Source: Eledone cirrhosa (Eukaryota). From it: a stretch of DNA of 64,000 nt. Below are positions 1-12,769 of the stretch, piece by piece; position 1 is the first letter of the stretch; every line of letters starts with the position of its first letter. The position numbers were made by a program, and so were the translations under genes. Below the pieces are notes generated by a model that ran no database searches, was not told the origin of the DNA, and saw only the letters and a program-made list of their open reading frames with translations. Where the stretch lies: NCBI GenBank assembly GCA_964016885.1, contig OZ024742.1, positions 273,916,001 through 273,980,000 of the forward strand. Direction: 5' to 3'.

Positions 1-188
1 GGGAACAGCCCATATACTAACTAAAAATAATTCTGTCCATATAAATATATCACAAGTGTAACACCTAACGATAAATGTGTGTGTGTCTGTGTGTTTCTTG
101 AACCCGGTGGACCTTGTTGTTTCTTGAGGTCACTAGTTTTCACTTCGTGAAACTCCTTTGTACATAAAACATGATAAATGAAATGACA

Positions 189-388
189 ATAATAATAATT
201 GTTTCTACTTTAGGCACTAGGCCAGCAATTACACGAGTGCATTACTGTTACTTTATTTTATCGATCCCGTAAGGATGAAAGGCAAAGTTAACCTCGGCGG
301 GATTTGAACTCAGAACGTAAAGGGCCATAACACTATGCCTCAAAGCATGTTGTACAACGCTCCACTTATACTGCCAATCTGTCGCCCT
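189..388 (-). mobile_element. tRNA-derived SINE, family A, near full length
   Basis: Minus strand has an A-box-like TGGCAGTATAAGTGG, B-box GAGTTCAAATCC, central GCCTTTCATCCTTACGGGATCGATAAAATAAAGTA and tail CCTAGTGCCTAAAGTAGAAAC(AATT..ATT)n. The same sequence recurs at 7034, 19650, 22997, 48132 and 53744. Confidence 0.9.
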
Positions 389-1859
389 TAACAATAATAA
401 TGATAATAAGGATAATTAGAATAGTGTTACTAGTACTACTACTACTTAAATTATTACTACGCTCTAGTATTTATAATTAATAAAAATGTATTAAATAAAT
501 TAAACTCTGGCGAGTATGTGTGATATTTAGATGTATGGCGACAACCCCTGGCCTGATTTAGTAGTACTACTTAAATTTAATGTAACGTAGCATAATTGTT
601 ACTGCAGACCTGAGTTCCATGTTAATATGGTGCTAAAATTTAAAATAATGACCAGAGAAAAATAAGAAGAGAGGCTTGCTGCCTTAAATCATCATAGTGA
701 AGTGGTATGTTGTGATAATATTTTAATGTGCGTTTGCTCTTTACATTGACAATCTTATCATCATCATCTTCATCATCCAAAATATCAACATTATCATCAA
801 CAGCATTTGCAGCACCAGCAACATTACCCTCACCACCATCATTATCACCATTTTTATCGATGACGGAATGATGTAAAACAAAGTTAAACTGGGTTGGATT
901 GTTATTCAGAATATTATGACACAGCACAAATAAAGGACATTTTATGTACCCTATATGTACCCTAATCATGGCCCTGTGTTGCTAAAAGTGTTGAAAACAA
1001 ATAGTGTAGAATGCAGTTGATTAAATAGCTTTAACATTAATATTATACTGTAAAATATTATACTGTAAACTGCTAGATTGTTGGTAGTGTTACGAACCTA
1101 TACATCGTGTATTACCAATGGTGCATATGTGGAAGTATATACATTTTTAGTAAATAATCACAATGCATATTCTTCCCAATATGCAACTTTTCTTAATCAC
1201 AAGCTGTTAACCACGCTTCTAATTAATACTGATCAGTCAATACCGCACTCTATGCTAATTATGATCTCCAAAATGTAATATTTCGAGGCTTATTTACCTC
1301 CGTATCGAATAAGTAAAATGACACGGATGATTGATAAAGTTATTAAAATACTAGTGTGCGGTGTTATTATGTAGTAACCAATGTAGCAGTAACATATGCA
1401 CAACTTGATTACATAAATATATAGTGTATGTCTCTATATACGTCTCTATACTTTTGTATTGCATGTTAGTGTTGCTCTCTCTCTCTCTATATATATATAT
1501 ATGTGTTAAATTTAATTTGTATTAATTTCAAAGTTTTAACACAAAAAATGTTTTCTGATAATCACCTGTCTGGTAATCAGACACGTCACGTCCTATCTGT
1601 TATACCTGTTACTCTATGATGTTCACAACTACAAACTCTCTCCTATTTAGATCACAAACTTGTGAGCCGCATGGTTAACCTAGATAGAACTATATACAGG
1701 GCTCTGGTTACTGAAAGCTTAATGTGTATTTTCCGACGCATAAAGCGTACAGCGACCTGAGTAGCTCATAGTTAAGTGATAGTTGGCAGGCGCAATTACA
1801 TATTCAAAGTCAGATATGGGAGAAAAAAACATGTGAATTCCCGAAGAGGTCCATATACG

Positions 1860-2760
1860 GAAGCGACTACCTCATGCGATAGAGAGAAAAGGGGGTAAAT
1901 CTTGCTTCGGTGAGGCTCCGATCAATTTAAAGCCATCGACAGATTTTGATAGGGTCGAGCATCAATATAAAATCCTCCTGTTTCGGTTCCGACTTCAGAG
2001 ACAGGGTGGTTGCGATTCACAGCAATATCTGTTCCGTGGCCAGATACTGGGCGAGTCAGTGATGGGCAAGTGCGACGAACCTCTTGGAGAATCTGAAGTC
2101 GTCGACGAAATAGGATGAATCCGTCTGTTCCCGAACTTTCGAGAAGGGAACTACATAATTCCAAAAAATCCCTGGTTTGGAACTCCCAACAGGAGCCACT
2201 TCCAGTTCAAGTATCTACAGGCGCAAAAGGGCTGTCAGATGGATTTGGCCGAGATGCGGGCAGGAAAAAACCGTTCTACTGTGCCCTCGTCATGTGTCCG
2301 AGGATTAATGTCTCGTGGAATTTTGTCAATTAGCTATTATCATATGCATGATGGATTCGGATATCAAGGGACAACTTCGTAGAGAGATCCCTGCCGCCTA
2401 CTTTTGCAAAAATGGACAGGTAGTTTTCCTCTGCCCGATGGCAGTAGGGAAAGAGCTTATGTGGTGGACGCAACTAAAGGATTGAAGACAGACACTTCAT
2501 TCTTCGATGTTTGACTTGGATAAGAAGGTAAGTATGGCGAGGGAAGTGTTGCTCCCCAATACATATGTGAAAACATCGGTGAATGTTACGAGGTTGGTCC
2601 CCATGAATGGACCCATTCTGATCATGCTCGAGTAGGCTGGCGAGGACAGATGAGAGAGACGCATCCAGAGGGAGCTTTTGGCAATTAGGGTTTTTTCGAA
2701 TCCCTGGGTTTCCTAAACTAACACTGGGTGATGCTCCTACCCCTATTCGTGAATATTGTT
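1860..2760 (+). mobile_element. Heavily decayed L1/Tx1-type LINE ORF2 remnant with large internal deletion
   Basis: Broken frames resemble the RT segment ALINL..S..FDRVEHQY (~1915-1965), the C-terminal Zn-knuckle region PRCGQE.TVL.ALVMCPRI (~2250-2310) and WWT.LKGLKTDT...VNVTRLV.MNGP, all matching the full-length Tx1 copies in this window. Confidence 0.7.
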
Positions 2761-3399
2761 CTTATTCACCTATTATTAATTTTTTCGGCTTTACTTTTTA
2801 ACATGGTTTTATGTATATCCCAGTTTTATGTATATGGCAGTTACGTAAACAAACCACACTGTTAATTGCATTTGCGGTTCCTACTTCTTGAATAACAACA
2901 CTGAATGTGTCTTTTCACCAAAGTTTCTCTGTAAGGTTTATATAAAACAAAACGTGTACACTTCAGATTCCGTAAAAAAAAGCGATCAGAAGTAGAGTTA
3001 TTTAGAATGTTGGGCAGAAAGTATGCAAATACTGAACAAAAAAGCAGGGAAAATTAACCGGCGATGGTAATGTTACAAAAATGAATGAGAGCAAAAGCGT
3101 CTCTTTTTCAACTGAAAGTAATACACTTTATGAAGCTACTTTGAACTTCTACAACATGGCATCAATATTATAACTGCCACATTAACGAAAGCAGTGCCAA
3201 TAAAATTGGCAACAACAAACCCTACAGCATTAAAAATGTCAACAACAAAAACAACAAATTTGAATCTACAACATGAAATGCAATAGCAACTACAAGAAGA
3301 ACAGAACCAACAGGAGCCATGAGAAAATAATCTAGTCAGTTTGTTAATACGCTTCCGACATAACCACGAACACAAAAGTCATCACAGTAACTACCACCG

Positions 3400-4720
3400 T
3401 TTTACCATTAAGGTTTTTGCAAATGATCACAAAAATACCATGAATGGCCGTATGGAATTTTTATAAAAATGTTACAAAGGAAAATTCTAAAGAATTCCAA
3501 TGATATTGAAAGAGGAGGAGATTAATTAGACCAGATTGTATGTACAAAATAAAAAAAAGCGTAACAATCAACCTAAACACTCCAACAAATAAATTCGAAG
3601 ACCTGATACAAAAGGATTGAAATTACGTCGGATGGAGCGGAGAAGCGCGGTCCAAGTCCAGAAATCCATATAAAACGAACTAAGTGATTTGCTACAGTTT
3701 TCTGATGATAAGGCACGGACGATAATGTAAAGTCTCATTACCGGAAACACACGAAGACTGACAAAATACCGCTAATCATATACTGGTGTGTGTTTCGGAA
3801 AATCCATATGGCATATTTACCGCCAGAAATAGCAATTCCTTGTCTAATAGCAGAGGCCACAAATATCCTCAAATTTTACTAAGCCAAAAAAGGAGAACTG
3901 TGTTGTGTTGTGATGGAACACATCATCTAAACGTGCGAAAAAAATGCTGATACCATCACTGACCTGGGGACGGGGACATCATTCAACCTAAAACATTAGC
4001 GAGCAGAAGCACCAATTGGCTCATACATGCAACATCAACGCACTTAATATCTCTCTACACAAACACTAAACAGGCGATCAGTATTGGCCTCATACAGAAA
4101 CATTAAAAAGGTAGCAACAACAACAGTGCCCACCACAACAACGCAATAAAAAAAGAGAGCATGTCACTCACCGTTCTCGTTCATTAGACATAGCATTCAT
4201 TGTGTCTGATCAGGATGAGGTGTGGAAGACCTTAATGAAAAGTAGACGATATAAATTACACTAATGAAAGTAGGAAAGTTATCTTGCGCATACTAAAACT
4301 GGACAGGAAAAAGTCAAAGCTGCAAATCATGGAGCATCATAAACTCCAACTGCAACACAATGTCTGCCACATCCAACGCAAATACTTCCAAGAACATAAA
4401 GAAAACTGAATTCAATCATAGAGCAACAACATTGACAAAAGCAAACACAAGAACACTATAAGCATATAATATATGAATATATTCTTAAAGATCACAGACT
4501 TAATGAAGAAAATATTACAACACACAAGGATAACACAAGCAAATTTTACAACACAGACACCTTACAGATTATGACAACAATGCTCACACACCCAAACACT
4601 AAATACCTAAACGATATCGTTGATTTCCAGGAGAATATCACTCAGTGTACGGTTGGTGATTTACTGTGGAAACCCTTGAAATTAACCGGAAAGACAGCCA
4701 ATCCGCCCGTGCACCTGAAA
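3400..4720 (+). mobile_element. Possible very old Tx1-type ORF1 remnant
   Basis: HMAYLPPEIAIPCLIAEA.TNILKF near 3805-3880 resembles ORF1 of the copy at 38300 (THVPPAIEIH.LMAAVLAG...TKIIEI). The surrounding ACA-rich bias resembles Tx1 ORF1 flanks. No continuous frame. Confidence 0.35.
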
Positions 4721-4839
4721 GAATGTAATTGTTATTTCTCATTATACGTCCTGTACGAAAAACAAGGTTTTACTAAAAAAAAAGGCCTTTTGAATTTACT
4801 TGGCCCATGCTCACCTTCATAATAAGGTAACTTGCTCCA

Positions 4840-6040
4840 CGACCTACGGACACTGAATAAACAAGTTTGCTCAGTTCTTTGAGTACACGTTTTTAATAGC
4901 TCTAACATTTTCCCGAATTTGTTCTGATAAGCATTTTGTTTAAGTTAAATGTTCAAGCTAACTCAGCAACTGAAAAGGCACGCACTAATGCTTAGTGACA
5001 GAGCATAGTGATTTAGAGATTGGTCGCTTACTGAAAGTTGCACTGTCATTTGTTGTCAACGATTGCAAAGCGTGTGAAGTCACTTATGGGGATTCCACAG
5101 TAGTATCCAAACGTAAAACCTCTGCTATGCGTCTTAATACCATTCCAACACCCAATGTGTGCACAAGGTGCAGAAAATTATCGATAAGAACTCTAGAAGT
5201 TCAATTACCACTATTCTTAAGAAGCTCAAGCTTTCAAGGCATACTATCGGTGGAATTATGGATGACGATATTCAATGCATGTCTTTTATGGTGCGGAAAG
5301 CCCAATTCATGTTTGCAAAAACAAAAGTCAATTCTCTGATTCAGGGAAAGCGCTTGTTGAGCAAGTTGAAACATCGAGAGGCTGGCTTTCATGGTCTTCT
5401 CACTAGTGAGAAAAACTTTATCAGAACCAAATAGTCAGCCCAAAGGATGACACAGTGTTATGCAGAGACCCTAATGAATTTGCAACGGTCATGCTCATAA
5501 AGCTTTCGGCATCAACGATGATTCTTGGAGGGGTAAGCAAAGATGGAGTTGCCATGACTCCTCACTTCTTTTTTCAGAGATAAAGTGTTAATGCTGCTGA
5601 ATATAAAGATGTGTTGTTGAGGATTGTATAGCCTCGTCTCGAAAACATGAGCAAATGTAGTTCGTTCATCTACCAAAAGATTCTGCACCACCTCACAATT
5701 CCAAGACGACCCATGAATAGATCATTTGCAATCTTCACACTCACGTTACACCGATATTATGGCTTCCTAGCTTTCCAGACCTAGATTCGTTGGACTACTA
5801 CATAAACGACGTAATCGAGAAATAAGTCGCTTAACGCCCCATAATACTATTATAGCTCTGAAGTCCGCCATAACTGACACAATGTCCAAACTATTTAAAG
5901 GTCACCTGCTTCGTTTCAGACCTTGAATTTAAGAAATAACTCGTGCTATTGGAGGTTCCATTTTATGACATATCTGTCTTCTACATAATTCACGCAAATG
6001 TCCTCAAAGAAAATAATAATCCTGTAGATGTTTTAGCGAT
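4840..6040 (+). mobile_element. Decayed Tc1/mariner transposon, DD37D (maT-like) transposase pseudogene
   Basis: Fragments read ...LLSKLKH...TSEKNF (first catalytic D mutated) and DSAPPHNSKTTHE*...WLPSFPDLDSLDY at ~5679-5800, with 37 residues between the last two Asp. Stops and frameshifts present; TIRs not identified, so boundaries are approximate. Confidence 0.85.
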
Positions 6041-6707
6041 CAGCATGTGCCGAATTTCCGTGTCGAAATCTTTTGCATTCATGTTTGGAGACAACGACTT
6101 GTACAACCCCCCCCCCCCCCGCGATTTGCAGACGGATTTGCCGCGTTGTTTTATGAACCCAAAGCTAAGTTACGGATCCATGATGTGAGCAGAAGCGAAG
6201 AACCATTTCTCAGAGCTTCTAGAGTGTTATGGGGGTGTTAAGTTACTTATCGCTCGATTACGTCCCTTACGTAGTAGTGACAAGACTCAGAAATATGTGA
6301 TTGCACCTGTAATATCCCGGATGATCTTAAATATAACAGCAAAAGCGATAAATTACTTGAATCCAAAAGGCGAAATCTATGATTTCAGAGATAGAGAATG
6401 TACTCTGGGACATGAAAGGGCGAATAACGTCCAATGGTACCATGAGGTTGAAACATAGATAGATTTAAGGAGTCAACTGACCAAGACGGTCGTGTACTAT
6501 TCGATTCCAAGTAGATGTATGCGTCCCTTTAACGGATGGGTGTGCAGGATATAATTCGAAACCTATCACCCTGGCCTGACCTGATTCTCACTAACTGAGA
6601 TGCTGTGGTGCGAAAGACCGAAAACAACTCACTAAAGTCAGGAGGCCATAGTCAACTCTACGAATGGTCAAGCGCAGAATTTGGGTGGTCTACCATAGGC
6701 GCTTGGT

Positions 6708-6990
6708 TGAGACGCGTGGCTTAGTTAATACAGTTTTGAACTTACGATTAAAATGTTCTAGATTCGATTCCTTAACAAGAAGGTGCAATGTGTTCTTCAG
6801 CAAAACAAAACGTTTCACGTTGCTTCATAACATTCATCTGGAACTGAATACCAGCATTATTTGGGTGGGTTCATCCGCCTATGTACAATCGTTTTGTACT
6901 CTCAGTCGCTTAACATCAATGAGCCTTCGGGCTTTGGACAGCCTTTTGAATGTTACCACACAACCTTTACGTATACATGCCAGACTTTTT
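6708..6990 (+). mobile_element. Old tRNA-derived SINE, family B (decayed)
   Basis: GAGACGCGTGGCTTAGT (A box), AGATTCGATTCC (B box), then TGTGTTCTTCAGCAAAACA..TTTCACGTTGCT. A related copy lies at 25555. Confidence 0.6.
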
Positions 6991-7033
6991 TGTTAACATC
7001 TACATCTGCATCATAAACTTTAAAGTTTTACCG

Positions 7034-7194
7034 CGGACGCCATGCTTTCCAGCATAGTTACGTCCCTTTACGATCTGAGTTCAAATCCCGCCGAGGTTGA
7101 CTTTGCCTTTCATCCTTACGGGGTCGATAAAATAAAGTACCAGTAATGCACTGGGTAATTGCTGGCATTGTGCCTAAAGTAGAAACAATTATTA
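7034..7194 (+). mobile_element. SINE family A, 5'-truncated
   Basis: Near-identical to the copy at 22997 from CGGACGCCATGC through AGTAGAAACAATTATT. Confidence 0.92.
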
Positions 7195-7854
7195 ACACGC
7201 CAACGATCTATAAAAATGCATGTTTTTAATTAATTTCACATTCGCTATATCGTCACTGTTTTCTCACATTCCCTTTGAAAAGCAGAACTGTCTGTGTGCG
7301 TGTGCGCCCATGTACGTGTGTGGCTATGTGCATGCGTATAACTCTCTACGTATTTAAAACTGAATCAATGTACATCGACAGGTGTAAATGTATACTTTCA
7401 AACACACGAAGAAGCTTTCATTTGTTGCGTTAATTAGTTCTCAGAAATATGAAATCATTTAATCATTCTACACATCATCTTAAATTCTTCTCTTAAAACA
7501 TAGTTTTTATTAAATCTTAAGCATAATAGCAAGAACACCATCAAGATGAATAGTTGTAATAAAGCATAGTTACTGATTCTACGAGAAATTTAATTTAGGA
7601 CCATAAAATAAACAATTACATTATACGTGATTATTATATTTCTATCTTGTGATGGAAGAATAAATAACAGCTGAGAGCGATTAATGGAAGAGTTACTAAT
7701 TAAGTATCGGCTTCAAGAGAAATGTTTATGTCATATATATTCGCTTGGATACGTAATTTATGAAGATTAATTAACGAGTGAAATTCTCAATATTTTCTCA
7801 AGATGCACACAATGTTTTGCTGTTGTCATTCCTGAAATAGCAACAGCAACATTA

Positions 7855-7855
7855 C

Positions 7856-7903
<48 letters not shown>
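7855..7903. repeat. (TAG)n microsatellite
   Basis: Direct reading. Confidence 0.97.
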
Positions 7904-7904
<1 letters not shown>

Positions 7905-9420
7905 CTTAAACCAAAACTATATTTTTATGTGTTGTGTCAAGATGGTGTATGACTGAAGTAAGGACAGACACAAAATAACACATTAGTCCTCGATGAGGTC
8001 AAAGAACGTGTGAGAAAAAGAGCTTTGACAATAAACGAACAACCATCTGGTTATTAAATCAACTGAATAGAAAGTTTTAAAAGATGAAGAGAAACAACAG
8101 GTGCGTGTATATATATTAGCAGCATGATTCTCCCATAGTATAACAACACATGTTTCTACACACGTTTTGAGATATCTTGCAAAACAAATAGAAAAGATAT
8201 ATGTCTGTGTGTGTGTAAGTGAGTTTGTGCACGTGTAAGTGTGTATGTGTGTCTATTAGTCTATTAGTATAATATAGGTGACAGTCGGTCATGACTATGG
8301 GATAACACGAGAGCAATCTTGGGCAAGGCAAATTTATGAAAGAACCAACAGCCGATGTGTATTTAGATACAACACTTTCAAAATATGTGGGAGTGATTTT
8401 AAATTTTCATTAATGTCTCTCCTGGCAAACACCGGCATACCAACATGCACACACAAACACTCACACGGTCACACTCGTATATACATACATACTTACATAC
8501 ATACATATACATACACAGACACATAGATATGTGAATGTTTGCGTGTGTACGTGTTATATGTATAAATGCATGTGTAATTATATAACATACGTTCCTTAGT
8601 CATTGCCACCTTTGCTGCGAATTGATTTGCTATAATTTGAGACAAAATCTCAAGTGAATAATTAGCTGAATGGGGTGTCTAAGTTAATCGCTTACACGCC
8701 TCTGCATTAAATAGATATCCCACTACGAAATATAAACAAACGATTACTGCACATATCTTCCCTTCATTGGATGATTTCTTGAGATTGTATGAAAAGAGGG
8801 CTTGTATGAATCTAACACGATGTATTTATTAAACTATTGCTTGATACGCTGTGAAAATATATTCGTCTGTTAAATCACAGATACTTCTCCACCTGAGAAT
8901 GAATAATTGACAGTCAATTGCTTCGTTTTTCTCAAATTTACCACGAATCGCTACATGCCCAATTTAACGAACACGGCTATTGGAAATCAAACTCTTTTTA
9001 TCAAACGTAAGACGATTATTGTTAGCATAAAGCTATGTAAAAGTAAAATGACAACTGACATTTGAAAAGATGGACCAACACATCAGCTTTGTATATCAAA
9101 TAATATAAAATATTGCTTTAATAAAATAGTAGTTCTCATTACTTTATAATTCTCACCTAAATATTATAAATACTTCCATATTTTTAAAATATATTATAAA
9201 ATTAAATAAATAAATAAATATAATTATTTCATTCTTTCTATACTCATGTAAATAAGTTTGGGTGTATATATATGTATATTTCTATAAATAATCCTAGATT
9301 AACTTTTAAATATTTTTTTGAAATTAGAAAATATATAGCTTTCACCGTATTTTTAACTAAAGGAACTTTAGCTTGATAGCGGGGTTTAGAACCCTCAGAT
9401 AAATGGAAAAAGATGAGTAT

Positions 9421-9491
9421 TGACGTACATGGGAATCGAACCCACATCTGTGGTTATCGCGACCACTGTGCTACCATTACACCAACACATC
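9421..9491 (-). tRNA. tRNA-like cloverleaf (71 nt), atypical anticodon loop CGCGATA, copy 1
   Basis: Acceptor GATGTGT/GTACGTC+A, D stem GTGT/GCAC with loop AATGGTA, anticodon stem GTGGT/ACCAC, 4-nt variable loop, T stem GTGGG/CCCAT with loop TTCGATT. TTTTT lies ~9 nt downstream. Confidence 0.7.
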
Positions 9492-9679
9492 AACCATCTC
9501 TTTCCATTCAAATTAGAAACTACATTCTTAGCGAGTTTAAATGGCAAGTAAGTATGTTTTGAAACAGTGAGCGAGTTTGAAATTAGAAAATATATAGCTT
9601 TCACCGTATTTTTAACTAAAGGAACTTTAGCTTGATAGCGGGGTTTAGAACCCTCAGATAAATGGAAAAAGATGAGTAT

Positions 9680-9750
9680 TGACGTACATGGGAATCGAAC
9701 CCACATCTGTGGTTATCGCGACCACTGTGCTACCATTACACCAACACATC
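9680..9750 (-). tRNA. tRNA-like cloverleaf, copy 2
   Basis: Identical to 9421-9491. Confidence 0.7.
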
Positions 9751-10197
9751 AACCATCTCTTTCCATTCAAATTAGAAACTACATTCTTAGCGAGTTTAAA
9801 TGGCAAGTAAGTATGTTTTGAAACAGTGAGCGAGTTTGAAATTAGAAAATATATAGCTTTCACCGTATTTTTAACTAAAGGAATTTTAGCTTGATAGCGG
9901 GGTTTAGAACCCTCAGATAAATGGAAAAAGATGAGTATTGACGTACATGGGAGTCGAACCCACAGATGTGGGTCGCGATAACCACAGATGTGGGTTCGAC
10001 TCCCATGTAAGTCAATACTTTTTCCATTTATCTGAGGGATCTAAACCCCGCTATCAAGCTAAAATTCCTTTAGTTAAAAATACGGTGAAAGCTATATATT
10101 TTTTAATTTCAAACTCGCTCACTGTTTCAAAACATACTTACTTGCCATTTAAACTCGCTAAGAATGTAGTTTCTAATTTGAATGGAAAGAGATGGGT

Positions 10198-10268
10198 GAT
10201 GTGTTGGTGTAATGGTAGCACAGTGGTCGCGATAACCACAGATGTGGGTTCGACTCCCATGTACGTCA
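10198..10268 (+). tRNA. tRNA-like cloverleaf, copy 3 (inverted arm; T loop TTCGACT)
   Basis: Same fold on the plus strand, followed by ATACTCATATTTTT. Confidence 0.7.
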
Positions 10269-10608
10269 ATACTCATATTTTTCCATTTATCTGAGGGTTC
10301 TAAACCCCGCTATCAAGCTAAAATTCCTTTAGTTAAAAATACGGTGAAAGCTATATATTTTCTAATTTCAAACTCGCTCACTGTTTCAAAACATTTTTTT
10401 GAAATTTAATAGCAAACCCATTTTAAAAAGTAATTCAGATAAATATTTAAAATCTATCTAGCGTCTAAATTTAACGGTCATTTTCAGTTTTAACCTTATC
10501 CTCATTAGCATATTCCACCTGAGTTTTTATAAATTATATTCACTATCTTCAATGAAGTTCACATGAAGTTGACATGAGGATATGTCACTATCTTAAAACC
10601 AATTATTG

Positions 10609-10669
10609 TATGTTATCTGACGAAAGCGAACTAAAATATTAGTACCCTTGAAATACGTATAATAAAATA
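10609..10669 (+). ncRNA. Type I hammerhead ribozyme, Penelope-type, palindromic stem III
   Basis: Stem I TATGTTAT/ATAAAATA, core CTGACGA, stem II AAG..ACTAA-AATA-TTAGT..CTT, GAA, stem III palindrome ATACGTAT, predicted cleavage after AUA at 10661. Confidence 0.85.
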
Positions 10670-10805
10670 AATATGGTTTTATACAGATATTTTCCATTTA
10701 TTAATGTTATTGAAATTAATGATACTCCGGATAAATAACGGTGAGTGCTTCTAATATGTTATAAATTAACTTTGTATGAATAATCAACAAACCAAATAAC
10801 TCATT

Positions 10806-10807
<2 letters not shown>

Positions 10808-10866
<59 letters not shown>

Positions 10867-10885
10867 CATATGTATATATATATAA
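10808..10885. repeat. (TA)n microsatellite
   Basis: Direct reading. Confidence 0.95.
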
Positions 10886-11438
10886 CGACGAAGTTTTCTG
10901 TATGTGTGTGTGTGGACAATTTTTAATGACGGCTCATATATTCTAAACCATTCATGCGATTTCTTTGACATTTTTTACAGAGCCTCTTCTTGCACAAAAC
11001 CTGTACATGATCTACAAAGGCTTTCAAAAATATTGGGGCCTTTGGAGACATTAAAAAAGTTTCGGTTATTTGTGTGAATTTTCGTAATTAAGTAAGACAA
11101 GATTTATCTTTAGGTAAGACAAGAGTTATCTTTCGTAATTTCGCTCATTCGGATTTTAATTTACTCTTTGTACTTGAAACAAAAGGTACGCTTCCTTGAG
11201 ACTAACAATATAATTTTGTATATTTCACAACCAGCAATGTCTAACTTATTACTAAGTTAAGTTATAGATTTGACATTGTATAATTTATCGTTTCAAGCTT
11301 GATGCTCATACATTAAGTGATGTCACAACTTTTACAATATTATGCTTTGTACATAATAGTGTCTATTATTCACTTCACTTCTCTATTTCATGATGCGCTT
11401 TTACTGTTGTCCGCCTAAAGGTCGGGTAGTCTAGCTAG
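10875..11438 (+). mobile_element. Non-autonomous Helitron-like element
   Basis: Starts in TATATATAA followed by a (GT)-rich leader. Ends with a GC hairpin CCGCCT-AA-AGGTCGG, then GTAGTCTAGCTAG and T, the typical Helitron CTRR 3' terminus. Confidence 0.65.
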
Positions 11439-11548
11439 TATATATATATATATATATATATACTAGATAAACTACCCGACCTTTAGGCGGACAACAGTAA
11501 AAGCGCATCATGAAATAGAGAAGTGAAGTGAATAATAGACACTATTAT
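11353..11548. repeat. Inverted duplication (~87-bp arms) of the Helitron 3' end around a (TA)n spacer
   Basis: 11353-11439 is the near-perfect reverse complement of 11462-11548. Confidence 0.93.
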
Positions 11549-12769
11549 ATATATATATGTATATATATAGTTGAAAAGAACAAACAAACGCAAGAGTCTG
11601 TTACACATAGTTGTATTAGTTCAAGCTTGGTAGGATTGGGTATGTTTTCACATGAACAACATATTTGTAAACATTTTGTATGGCATTTATGGGAATTTAA
11701 TCTGAACAATGTTATTTGGTAATTGTATTAATATATACCAATTATCATTCCGTAATTCATGTAATGGTTTTCCTACCAGTGATAATACATTTACGTGATT
11801 CATATATACTTTCAAATAATCATCGAAATTTTTATGCTACATGCATATTTCATATATCACGTCTAAATCTTAATGTTAATTATAAATAAATATTTGCTGT
11901 TCCACATATATTTATGCAGCTAAATTTAAAGTAAGTACTTCTAGTAGAAGTTTGCATCATTTAATGTAAAATGTATTTCTATTGCCATTAATAGGATCCG
12001 TATAAATATAGAGAAAGAGAAGTGGACTTCTTGTAAACTAATGTAGTAAGGCTTAAGAAAGTGTCCTCTTACAATTAATCTATACTACTATTAAAAGTTT
12101 TTGGTCTGTTGTGATTGAGTAACAGGTACTTACGTTTACACGATTGTTTCTTTTTTTGTGTTCATATTTTTTTCTTTTCCTAATTTATCGTAAATATTTT
12201 ATTTTATTTATTTAAAATAGCTGAAAGACATTTATTTGAACATAACGGCAGAGTGTTTGAGAGTGGTTGAAAAAATATAAATGTACTAAACATTCAATCA
12301 TTTTGTTGAGAGACTCGATGGGAATATTCATAAAATACTTGTCTATTAGCCAATATTTTCTGTCTTCTTTACTCTTTTCAAATTAACCGTTTCAGTAATG
12401 GATCTTCAATTAATTGGCCAAATGCCTCATTATCTACGAGATTATATTAAAGACGGAACATAAACACGATACAGTTATGTATAAGAAAACATATTTCATT
12501 TTTGAAAACATATCTGTCCTTAGATAAATTGGGTAAAGTGTCAACAAATAATATTAATTCCCTCCTCTAACTGTATCGCTAGAACATGTTTCTATTATAT
12601 GCATTTCAATGCCAATGGGTCCCATATACAAATCCCTGCGTTTGTCTCTAAACACACGCACATGCATACATACACAAAATAATTACACACGGTCTCACAC
12701 AAAACGTATATGAATATGTGTTTGTACGAGAAACATTGATAATATTTAATTTTGCATTTTGATATCTAG

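Larger units (their letters stand above)
9317..10393. repeat. 259-bp unit array: ~2.5 minus-strand units, then inversion and ~1.6 plus-strand units
   Basis: Identical landmarks at 9421, 9680 and 9939 give a period of 259. Orientation flips at ~9965-9970. ATTTTTTTGAAATT occurs at both 9312-9325 and 10393-10406. Confidence 0.95.

Noticed and set aside
640-969. 109-aa Asp-rich minus-strand ORF
   Set aside because: It derives from degenerate (CAT/CAC)n repeats, with no domain or splice support.
6090-6660. GC-richer stretch after the mariner relic
   Set aside because: Possibly an old element, but no motif could be assigned.
8278-8450. Protein-like frame VTVGHDYGITREQSW... after an AG
   Set aside because: No convincing donor site or recognisable homology.
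10291-10360. CTGAGGG...hairpin...GAAAGCTA inside the 259-bp unit, hammerhead-like
   Set aside because: The core is CTGAGGG rather than CTGANGA, and no stem I pairing could be formed.
9317-10393. Regular repeats superficially like a CRISPR array
   Set aside because: The units are 259 bp and identical throughout, with no unique spacers and no cas genes, in a eukaryotic context.
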